NCBI GenBank assembly: GCA_965279115.1
Contig: OZ257137.1
Span: 1,206,587 to 1,270,586, forward strand
Origin: Burkholderiales bacterium
GTDB lineage: Bacteria > Pseudomonadota > Gammaproteobacteria > Burkholderiales > JAEUOS01
Direction: 5' to 3'
Length of the DNA: 64,000 nt
A program made the position numbers and the translations under genes. The notes under the pieces were generated by a model. It was not told the DNA's origin, did not search any database, and saw only the letters and a program-made list of their open reading frames with translations. Positions 9,559 through 16,737 of the stretch are shown one piece after another; position 1 is the first letter of the stretch, and every line of letters starts with the position of its first letter.

Positions 9559-10713
9559 TCACGCCTTGCCCTTGCCGTGCGAAGTGGGCAGCCTGGCCAG
9601 TTCGCGCACGCGGTCCGCATTCGGCGCAAATCCGAGACCGGGCGTCTCCGGCAAGGTCAGCCAGCCCTCCTCGGGTACGGGAAGGCCGTCGAATATCTTC
9701 TGCAGCACCAGCACCGCCACATAGTGATATTCGACCAGCCCGCCGTTGGAAACGCCCGCATGCAGGTGCATGTTGTGGAATGGCCAGGCACCGCCATTGT
9801 CGATCGGCACATTGAAAGCCTGCGCCATGCCGGCGATCTTGAGAACCTGCGAGTACCCGCCGGAAATGGTGACGTTGGGCTGCAACACATCGACCGCGTT
9901 GTGGGTCAGGAGGTCACGGAACCGGTATGCCAACCCTTCGTTCTGCCCCGCCGCGAGCGGAATCGAGGTGCGCCTGCGCAGTTCGGCCATGCCCGGCACG
10001 TCGTTTTGCGTGAGCGGTTCCTCGAAGAAGGTGATGCCGTAGGGTTCGATGTCGCGCGCCAGTCTGGCGGCGTGAAACAGGTCGAGCCCGCAGTTCGCAT
10101 CGACATACAGCTTCACGTCCGGTCCCACGGCTTCGCGCACGGCGGCCACCCGCTTCACATCCTCGCCAATCACGTCGTCAAGCGGGCGCGGCTCGTCGCG
10201 GCGCGCCAGCGCATGCTGGCCCACCGTCATCTTCAGGCGGGTGAATCCGCGCGACTTCCACAGCCGTGCCGCAGCGGCAAGTTGTTCACGGTCGAGAAAG
10301 CCGAAACCGAATGTCGCATACAGCGGCACGCGCGAACGCGCGCCGCCAAGCAGGCGCCAGAGCGGCAGGCCGAGCGCCTTGGCCTTGATGTCCCACAATG
10401 CGATGTCCAGCGCGGCGATCGTGTGGCTGGCATACCCGGTCTGGCCGCGCGGCGAAAGCAGCCAGTAGAGTTTGTCCCACAACGCCTCGGTGGCCAGCGG
10501 ATCGGCGCCGATGAGCGCCGGGCCGGCGACATCGCGCACCGCCGCGGCGATGATTTCTTCCTCGGTGATCGCCGTCATGCCATGGCCGACCAGACCCGTG
10601 TCAGTCTCGATCTCGGTGAGGCACAGCGACAGGCTGGTTTCCTTGTTCAGGCCGAGAATATCGACCGTGACCGGGACATTGAGCGGCGTGGCGGATACAC
10701 GGACAATTTTCAT
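9559..10713 (-). CDS. Enolase-superfamily enzyme (mandelate racemase/muconate lactonizing enzyme family)
   Basis: 384-aa ORF. ALDIALWDIKAKALGLPLWRLLGG, VDANCG, FFEEP and AAGQNE are the MR/MLE metal-ligand region motifs. Confidence 0.85.
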   Translation of the reverse strand: MKIVRVSATPLNVPVTVDILGLNKETSLSLCLTEIETDTGLVGHGMTAITEEEIIAAAVRDVAGPALIGADPLATEALWDKLYWLLSPRGQTGYASHTIAALDIALWDIKAKALGLPLWRLLGGARSRVPLYATFGFGFLDREQLAAAARLWKSRGFTRLKMTVGQHALARRDEPRPLDDVIGEDVKRVAAVREAVGPDVKLYVDANCGLDLFHAARLARDIEPYGITFFEEPLTQNDVPGMAELRRRTSIPLAAGQNEGLAYRFRDLLTHNAVDVLQPNVTISGGYSQVLKIAGMAQAFNVPIDNGGAWPFHNMHLHAGVSNGGLVEYHYVAVLVLQKIFDGLPVPEEGWLTLPETPGLGFAPNADRVRELARLPTSHGKGKA

Positions 10714-10790
10714 GGCGGACTTTCACGCCCCGTGCACCGGAGCCGGGGCATGGACAGGGAGTGCGGGAAACGTGGCGACCAGGCGGGTGG

Positions 10791-11189
10791 TCAGTCAAGC
10801 GCGGCAATGACTTCGATTTCGATCAGGAACGCAGGATCGACCAGCGAAGTGACGCCCACCATGGTGGCAGCCGGATACGGACCATCGCCAAAGTAGCGAT
10901 TGCGCACCGCGCGCACCGTGGCTGCCTTTTCGGGCGTGAGGTCCACCACATAGGTGACGACCTTGAACACCTGCGCGAATGACGCGCCGGCGCCCGCAAG
11001 TGCCGCCTGCAGGTTGACGTAGACCTGTTCCGCCTGCGCGGCAAGGTCGCCGCGCCCGACCGGTTCGCGCGCTTCATTCAGCGCCACCTGCCCGGCCACA
11101 TGGACCTGCCGGCCGGCGGGGACGATGGTGATATGCGAATAACCGACCGGCTTCGCCAGGCCAGCGGGATTGAGGGCTTGGGCAGGCAT
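10791..11189 (-). CDS. RidA/YjgF family reactive-intermediate deaminase
   Basis: 132-aa ORF. GYSHITIVPAGRQVHVAGQVAL ... EIEVIA is the typical YjgF/RidA pattern. Confidence 0.9.
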   Translation of the reverse strand: MPAQALNPAGLAKPVGYSHITIVPAGRQVHVAGQVALNEAREPVGRGDLAAQAEQVYVNLQAALAGAGASFAQVFKVVTYVVDLTPEKAATVRAVRNRYFGDGPYPAATMVGVTSLVDPAFLIEIEVIAALD

Positions 11190-11260
11190 GTCACGACACT
11201 CCGCAAGTGGAAAAACGCAATAGTAGCGTCAGTCAGCCCATTTGCCTGCCCGTTCCCGAA

Positions 11261-11286
11261 ATGAAAACGGCCCTTGCGGGCCGTTT
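11261..11286 (-). terminator. Rho-independent terminator downstream of the PEP-CTERM gene
   Basis: AAACGGCCC-ttgc-GGGCCGTTT forms a 9-bp stem. On the minus strand it is followed by a TTTTCATTTC tract, 23 nt after the stop codon. Confidence 0.6.
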
Positions 11287-11308
11287 CGGGGCCTAGCGTT
11301 TGCGCCTG

Positions 11309-11896
11309 TCAGGTGGCAGACTTGGACCTGCGGCGGCGCGCGATCACGCCGCCCATCAGGGCGAGGCCCGCCAGCATCATCCCGTAGCTGCCAGGCTCGG
11401 GTACCACGGCCACACCGGTCACCTGGATCTCCGAAAGGGCATACAAGCCATCACCGCCCAAGCCGATGAAGGTAAGCTTGCTGGCAGTAATCGGTGAAGA
11501 AAACAGGAACGAAGTCTGGTTCATCCCGCCAGCGGTCGGCGCTTGGGAGAATGAAGCCATACCCACCCCGGTGCCAAGCGGGTACAAGGCCAGATAAGTA
11601 TCGTTGTTATCATGTTCAAGCTTGATACTGCTGATGGAATAGACAGCGCCGAGATCAAGTTCAAAAACCGGCGCATTGCTTGTCGCCCAGAACACTGTCC
11701 CCGTGGTGTACTCGGTACCTACCCCGAGGAACGTGCCGTCCGTGAGCGTCGATAGGGCTGCTCCCAACGTCGTACCTTGGGTAAGGGTCACCGGCTTCAA
11801 CAAAGCAACATTGCTTTCCGCAACAGCTTGCGCACCGCTTGAAACCAGCAGCGCTGAGGTAGCAAGCACGGAAAGAAAAAGCGTTCGAATGGTCAC
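11309..11896 (-). CDS. PEP-CTERM sorting-domain protein with a discoidin-like (galactose-binding-like) body
   Basis: The C-terminus VPEPGSYGMMLAGLALMGGVIARRRRS has the PEP motif, a TM helix and a basic tail. Start refined to the GTG at 11896 (AGGAG 8 nt upstream), giving signal peptide MTIRTLFLSVLATSALLVSSGAQA. The motif ...LYALSEIQVTG resembles the ends of F5/8-type-C domains; this last point is inference. Confidence 0.75.
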   Translation of the reverse strand: MTIRTLFLSVLATSALLVSSGAQAVAESNVALLKPVTLTQGTTLGAALSTLTDGTFLGVGTEYTTGTVFWATSNAPVFELDLGAVYSISSIKLEHDNNDTYLALYPLGTGVGMASFSQAPTAGGMNQTSFLFSSPITASKLTFIGLGGDGLYALSEIQVTGVAVVPEPGSYGMMLAGLALMGGVIARRRRSKSAT

Positions 11897-12019
11897 GATT
11901 GGCACTCCTGTGATCTCACTGGTAGTCAACACCGGGGAACGGTGAATGATTCCAAAGAACTACGATACCGGTTTGCGCAATGCAACAAAATGGCCCGTTC
12001 GGACTATCGCAGCCGGCGG

Positions 12020-12301
12020 CTAGCCCCCGGCAGGACGGGTGTTGTTGTCGGACAACGAAAGCAGGCCCTTCTTGCCAAAATGTTCCCGCCAGGCGATGGG
12101 TTTGGTCATGCCAACGATGAAGCCCTTGACAACCGCCACGGAGCGCTTAGCCAACCCGTCGGCCTGTGGGCTGCCCTTGCGACGCACCATCATGGTGCCG
12201 TAGGTCTCGTTCCGTTGGCCGGCAATGAGCCAACTGTAGATCAGGGCGGCAATCGTTGCTATACCGAGAAACAAAACCACGATCAAGGCAAACAAGGACA
12301 T
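12020..12301 (-). CDS. Hypothetical small membrane protein (one N-terminal TM helix, basic tail)
   Basis: 93-aa ORF starting MSLFALIVVLFLGIATIAALIYSWLIAG. GGAG lies 7 nt upstream of the ATG. I recognise no family, and it lies in the AT-richer spacer. Confidence 0.4.
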   Translation of the reverse strand: MSLFALIVVLFLGIATIAALIYSWLIAGQRNETYGTMMVRRKGSPQADGLAKRSVAVVKGFIVGMTKPIAWREHFGKKGLLSLSDNNTRPAGG

Positions 12302-12430
12302 CGAAAAACTCCGCTTGTTCGGTTAAAAGGAAACGACGCTCGTGTCGCCTTTACGGATGAACCGGCGCCTTCCCAAGCCTCGCGAAGGTTAAAGGGTGTC
12401 AACTCAAGATTGCGTAACAAAATTGCACCT

Positions 12431-12459
12431 GTGACACGGCGAGCGAGCCCGGATATCAT
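12431..12459 (+). promoter_or_regulatory. Candidate sigma-70 promoter (GTGACA-N17-TATCAT) for the riboswitch-dadA transcript
   Basis: The -35 is at 12431-12436 and the -10 at 12454-12459, with an exact 17-nt spacer, ~55 nt upstream of aptamer 1. Confidence 0.35.
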
Positions 12460-12512
12460 GACGACATCAACCCTCAAGCGAGGAGCGTTTCAGGCGAAAT
12501 TCCCGTTTTTCC

Positions 12513-12677
12513 GCAGGAGAGCGCCGCACCGCCAGGTGCGGCCACCGAAGGCGCAAACTCCCATGCACGCTCAGGTCTACGTACTGCACAACATCATCGC
12601 CGTCTGGAGAGCCGTCCGTCAAGGACGCACCGAAGGAGCAAGGCCGCGAGGCTGAATCTCTCAGGTACCAAGGACAG
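12513..12677 (+). promoter_or_regulatory. Tandem glycine riboswitch (two aptamers, Rfam RF00504 type)
   Basis: Aptamer 1 (12513-12587): GCAGGAGAG, hairpin GCCGCACC/GGTGCGGC, CACCGAAGGCGCAA, CTCAGG, closing CTGC. Aptamer 2 (12604-12677): CTGGAGAG, hairpin CGTCC/GGACG, CACCGAAGGAGCAA, CTCTCAGGTACCAAGGACAG. These match the conserved cores of the class. Confidence 0.85.
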
Positions 12678-12732
12678 GGGGAGCGGCAAGCCGGGCCAGC
12701 AGGTCCGGCTCCACTCTCTCTGGAGAAATGCG

Positions 12733-13992
12733 ATGAAGGTATTGGTATTGGGCGCCGGCCTGCTCGGCGTGACGTCGGCCTATTTCCTGCGCCAGCAGGG
12801 TCATGAAGTCACTGTGATAGACCGCCAGGCCTCCCCGGCGGCGGAAACCAGTTTTGCCAATGGCGGCCAGATCTCGGTCAGCCACGCCGAGCCGTGGGCC
12901 AATCCGGGCGCCCCCTTGAAGGTGCTGAAGTGGCTCGGCAAGGAGGACGCCCCGCTATTGTTCCGGGTGCGCGCGGACATGCGCCAATGGCTGTGGGGTC
13001 TGCAGTTCCTGCGCGAATGCACACCGGCGCGCACGCGCTGGAACATCGCGCAGATCGTGCGGCTGGGCACCTACAGCCGCGACACCCTGCAGGCCCTGCG
13101 CGCGGCCACCGGCCTCAACTATGACCAGCGCGCCCAGGGCATCCTGCACTTCTACACGAGCGAAAAGGAATTCGCGGGCGCCGAAGCGCCGGCCGCGCAG
13201 ATGCGCGCATTGGGGTGCGACCGGCGCGTCATCTCCGCCGACGAGGCGGTGCGCCTCGAACCGGCACTTGCGCACATCCGCCCGCGCCTGGCCGGCGCCA
13301 CCTACACCGCCGAGGACGAATCAGGCGACGCCAACCAGTTCGCCCGCGAGCTGGTCAGGCGTTGCGAGGCCGATGGCGTGCGCTTCCTGATGAGCCATAC
13401 CGTCACTGCTCTGCGCGCGGCCGGCGGCGCCATCGACCATGTGGAGGCCACCGACACCGAAGGCCGCTTCCAGCGCATCCGTGCCGATGCCTACGTGCTG
13501 GCCATGGGCAGCCTTTCCCCGCTGTACGCCAGGCCGCTTGGCATTGAATTGCCGATCTATCCCGCCAAGGGCTATTCGGTGACCATGGCGGTCAAGGACG
13601 AGTCAAAGGCACATCAGGTGTCGCTCACCGACGACGAGTACAAGCTGGTGTTCTCGCGCCTGGGCAACCGCCTGCGCATTGCCGGCACCGCCGAACTGAA
13701 CGGCTATGACCGCGACCTGAATCGGGTGCGCTGCGAAGCTATTGTCAAGCGGGCGGAGGAACTGTTTCCCGGTGCAGGCGAAACCGAAAGCGCGCAGTTC
13801 TGGACCGGTTTGCGGCCGGCGACGCCATCGAACGTGCCGATCATCGGTCGTTCGAAACTGCCCAACCTGTACCTCAATACCGGCCATGGCACGCTGGGAT
13901 GGACCCATGCCTGCGGCTCGGGCAAGTCGATCGCGCACATTGTCAGCGGCGCAAAGCCCGAGGTCGACTTCGCCTTCGTGGGCATCGCGTAA
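12733..13992 (+). CDS. dadA: D-amino-acid dehydrogenase (DadA) family FAD-dependent oxidoreductase
   Basis: 419-aa ORF. MKVLVLGAGLLGVTSAYFLRQQGHEVTVIDR is the dinucleotide fold. ETSFANGGQIS, PAKGYS, FWTGLRPATP and NTGHGTLGWT are collinear with E. coli DadA as I remember it. GGAGA lies 6 nt upstream. Confidence 0.9.
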   Translation: MKVLVLGAGLLGVTSAYFLRQQGHEVTVIDRQASPAAETSFANGGQISVSHAEPWANPGAPLKVLKWLGKEDAPLLFRVRADMRQWLWGLQFLRECTPARTRWNIAQIVRLGTYSRDTLQALRAATGLNYDQRAQGILHFYTSEKEFAGAEAPAAQMRALGCDRRVISADEAVRLEPALAHIRPRLAGATYTAEDESGDANQFARELVRRCEADGVRFLMSHTVTALRAAGGAIDHVEATDTEGRFQRIRADAYVLAMGSLSPLYARPLGIELPIYPAKGYSVTMAVKDESKAHQVSLTDDEYKLVFSRLGNRLRIAGTAELNGYDRDLNRVRCEAIVKRAEELFPGAGETESAQFWTGLRPATPSNVPIIGRSKLPNLYLNTGHGTLGWTHACGSGKSIAHIVSGAKPEVDFAFVGIA

Positions 13993-13995
13993 GGA

Positions 13996-14020
13996 AAAGG
14001 CGGCGCGCGGCGCCGCCTTT
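13996..14020. terminator. Bidirectional terminator between dadA-like and the benzoate-CoA ligase gene
   Basis: AAAGGCGGCGC-gcg-GCGCCGCCTTT forms an 11-bp perfect stem flanked by A and T runs, between convergent stops. Confidence 0.7.
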
Positions 14021-14022
14021 GG

Positions 14023-15588
14023 TCAGTTCGCCGACTCGATCTGGCGCAGCTTGAAGCGCTGGATCTTGCCGGTGGCCGTCTTGGGCAGGTCCTTCACAAA
14101 TTCGATCGCGCGCGGATATTTGAAGGGCGCCAGGCGATCCTTGACGAAGGCCTTGAGTTCATCCTCGCTGCAGGTCGCGCCCGCCTTGAGCACCACAAAG
14201 GCCTTGGTCTTTGTCAGTCCCGCCGCATCCGGCACGCCGATGACGGCCGCCTCGAGCACCGCGGGATGTTGCACCAGCGTCGCCTCCACCTCGAAAGGTG
14301 AAACGTAGATGCCGCTCACCTTGAGCATGTCATCGCTGCGCCCGCTGTAGGTATGGCTGCCGTCGGCATTGCGCACGTACTTGTCACCGCTGCGCGTCCA
14401 CGCGCCCTGGAAGGTCTCGCGCGATTTTTCACGGTTGGCCCAGTACATCAGGGCCGCGGTCGGTCCCTTGATATATAGATCGCCGATCTCGCCGTCGGCG
14501 ACCGGCCTGCCGTCCTCGCCGCGCAGTTCGATCTCGTAGCCGGGCACCGGCCATCCGGTCGTGCCATAGCGCACCCGCCCCGGCTGGTTGGAGAGAAACA
14601 CATGCAGCATCTCGGTGGAACCGATACCGTCGATGATCTCGGCGCCGAAATGCGCCTGGAAACGCTCGCCCAGTTCCGCCGGCAGGGCCTCGCCGGCCGA
14701 GGACACCAGGCGCAACGCCACCTGGCTCTTCACCGGCAGGTCGGGGGCGGCCAGCATGCCGGCAAAGCCGGTGGGCGCACCGAAGAAGATGGTCGGCTGG
14801 TGGTCGATCCAGCGCTTGAAGGTCGCCGCGGGGGTGGGCCGCTCGGCCATCAGCACCACGGTGGCGCCCACGCTCAACGGGAAAGAGAGGGCATTGCCCA
14901 GGCCATAGGCGAAGAACAGCTTGGCCGCCGAAAAGCAGGTGTCGGACTCGCGGATGCCCAGGAGGCGCGTGCCGTACAACTCCGCGGTCCAGTACAGGTT
15001 GCCGTGCGTGTGTACCGTGCCCTTGGGGCGGCCGGTGGAACCTGACGAGTACAGCCAGAAGGCCGGCTCGTCCGCGCTGGTATCTGCAGGCATCGCCACC
15101 GGCGCCTGGGCCGCGACAAAGCCGGCGAACGGAACGGCGTTGGCAGGCAGCGCGCCGGACGGGTGCGAAACCACGATGGTCGCCACCTCATTGGGCGCCT
15201 GCGCCAGCGCCGCCTGCACGGTCGGCAACAAGGCGCCGGATACCAGCACCGCCTGCGCGCGGCAATGGGCGATCATGTAGGCGTAGTCGTCCGCCGTGAG
15301 CAGCGTATTGACCGCCACCGGCACCACACCCGCATACAGGGCCCCGAGAAAGGCCACGGGCCAGTCGTTGCAATCGTGCATCAGCAACAGCACGCGTTCG
15401 TCGCGACGGATACCGGCAGCGCGCAAGGCAGCAGCCATGCGCCGAACCTGCTCATCCAGCGCGCCATAGGTCAGGACGCCATCGTCGTCGATGTACGCGG
15501 CCTTGGCGGCGCGGCCCTGATTGAGCGCAAACAGATGGCTAGCGAAATTGAATCGCTCGGCTGGGGGTGCGACGTCCGGGTGCGACAT
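14023..15588 (-). CDS. bclA: Benzoate-CoA ligase (AMP-forming)
   Basis: Track ORF 14023..15621, start refined to MSHPDVAPP (GGAGA upstream). The AMP-binding motif is YSSGSTGRPKGTVHTH. It is divergent from boxR-boxCBA. Confidence 0.88.
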   Translation of the reverse strand: MSHPDVAPPAERFNFASHLFALNQGRAAKAAYIDDDGVLTYGALDEQVRRMAAALRAAGIRRDERVLLLMHDCNDWPVAFLGALYAGVVPVAVNTLLTADDYAYMIAHCRAQAVLVSGALLPTVQAALAQAPNEVATIVVSHPSGALPANAVPFAGFVAAQAPVAMPADTSADEPAFWLYSSGSTGRPKGTVHTHGNLYWTAELYGTRLLGIRESDTCFSAAKLFFAYGLGNALSFPLSVGATVVLMAERPTPAATFKRWIDHQPTIFFGAPTGFAGMLAAPDLPVKSQVALRLVSSAGEALPAELGERFQAHFGAEIIDGIGSTEMLHVFLSNQPGRVRYGTTGWPVPGYEIELRGEDGRPVADGEIGDLYIKGPTAALMYWANREKSRETFQGAWTRSGDKYVRNADGSHTYSGRSDDMLKVSGIYVSPFEVEATLVQHPAVLEAAVIGVPDAAGLTKTKAFVVLKAGATCSEDELKAFVKDRLAPFKYPRAIEFVKDLPKTATGKIQRFKLRQIESAN

Positions 15589-15604
15589 GGCTGTCTCCGT
15601 TTGA

Positions 15605-15686
15605 CTTGCCAAGCAAGGCAAGATGAATTATTGTGCTTGCACGCAATATAAAGCTGCAAAATAGTCATGTCAAGCACTATAGTGCA
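15605..15686. promoter_or_regulatory. Palindromes and TGCA repeats in the 78-bp bclA/boxR divergent control region (candidate BoxR operators)
   Basis: CTTGCC-aagcaa-GGCAAG at 15605-15622. TGCA at 15638-41 and 15655-58. Near-perfect palindrome AGCACTATAGTGCA at 15673-15686, overlapping boxR codons 3-7. Confidence 0.4.
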
Positions 15687-16620
15687 TGAATCTGGGGCAA
15701 TCGACCCCGAAACGGCATCCTCTGCCGCACTGGCCGAGGGCGGACCTGCCTCCCGCAAACACCCTTTCCTTTCCGCCTTGGGCGAGCGGGTCAAGGCGTT
15801 GCGGGGTCGACGTGGCATGACGCGCAAGGCGCTCTCGCTGGCGGCCGACGTTTCGGAGCGCCATCTGGCCAACCTCGAGTATGGCGAGGGTAACGCGTCC
15901 ATCCTGGTGCTGCTGCAGGTGGCCTCCGCCCTGCAGTGTTCGCTGGCGGAAATCATCGGCGACCCCACCACCGCCTCCACCGAATGGCTGCTGCTGCGCG
16001 AACTGCTGGAAAACCGCGACGAGGCCACCTTGCGCCAGGTGCGCGTGGCCGTGGGTGAAATGCTCGGTACCGGGGGCGGCAACGCGGCGCGCAGCCCGCG
16101 GGTGGCGCTGGTGGGATTGCGCGGCGCCGGCAAGTCCACGCTCGGCGCCATGCTCGCCGATGACCTCGGCTTTCCCTTCGTGGAATTGAGCCGCGAGATC
16201 GAGAAATTCGCCGGCTGCTCGATCTCGGAAATCCAGGCGCTCTATGGCATCAACGCCTACCGCCGCTATGAGCGCCGCGCGCTGGAAGAGGCCATACAGA
16301 TCTACCCGGAAGCGGTGATCGCCACCCCCGGCGGCCTGGTGTCGGATCCCGCGAGCTTCAACCTGCTGCTAGCCCACTGCACCACCGTCTGGCTTTCCGC
16401 CGCGCCGGAAGATCACATGAAGCGGGTCGCGGCGCAAGGCGACCTGCGCCCCATGGCGGCCAGCCGCGAGGCGATGGAAGACCTCAAAGGCATCCTCGCG
16501 GGGCGCGCCGCCTTCTACTCCAAGGCGGAATTCAAGGTCGACACCAGCGCAGAGGCGCTGGAGCCGACTTTTCGTACCCTGCGGCAGGTGGTACGCGGCG
16601 CCCTGAACCTGGCGAACTGA
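15667..16620 (+). CDS. boxR: BoxR/BzdR-type regulator (XRE HTH fused to a shikimate-kinase-like domain)
   Basis: 317-aa ORF. The HTH is GMTRKALSLAADVSERHLANLEYGEGN. The C-terminal half has the P-loop GLRGAGKSTLG and a shikimate-kinase-like fold, the architecture described for BzdR/BoxR. Confidence 0.85.
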   Translation: MSSTIVHESGAIDPETASSAALAEGGPASRKHPFLSALGERVKALRGRRGMTRKALSLAADVSERHLANLEYGEGNASILVLLQVASALQCSLAEIIGDPTTASTEWLLLRELLENRDEATLRQVRVAVGEMLGTGGGNAARSPRVALVGLRGAGKSTLGAMLADDLGFPFVELSREIEKFAGCSISEIQALYGINAYRRYERRALEEAIQIYPEAVIATPGGLVSDPASFNLLLAHCTTVWLSAAPEDHMKRVAAQGDLRPMAASREAMEDLKGILAGRAAFYSKAEFKVDTSAEALEPTFRTLRQVVRGALNLAN

Positions 16621-16639
16621 CGCGTCGCAACACCGAATG

Positions 16640-16709
16640 TGCACGAAACTGCTTGACGATCGCAAAGAATATGCAATATTATGCATTTATCGGAAAACGT
16701 TTGATGCAT
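16640..16709. promoter_or_regulatory. AT-rich boxC promoter region with TGCA repeats (candidate BoxR operators)
   Basis: TGCA at 16640-43. TGCA-N6-TGCA at 16672-16685. ATGCAT at 16681-86 and 16704-09, flanking the AAACGTTT palindrome (16695-16702). Confidence 0.4.
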
Positions 16710-16737
16710 TATTTTGCCATTTCAGGAGACCAGAGCC

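Noticed and set aside
11942-12655. 237-aa plus-strand ORF spanning the AT-richer spacer.
   Set aside because: It overlaps the small minus-strand ORF and runs straight through both glycine-riboswitch aptamers. It has a basic low-complexity composition and no RBS.
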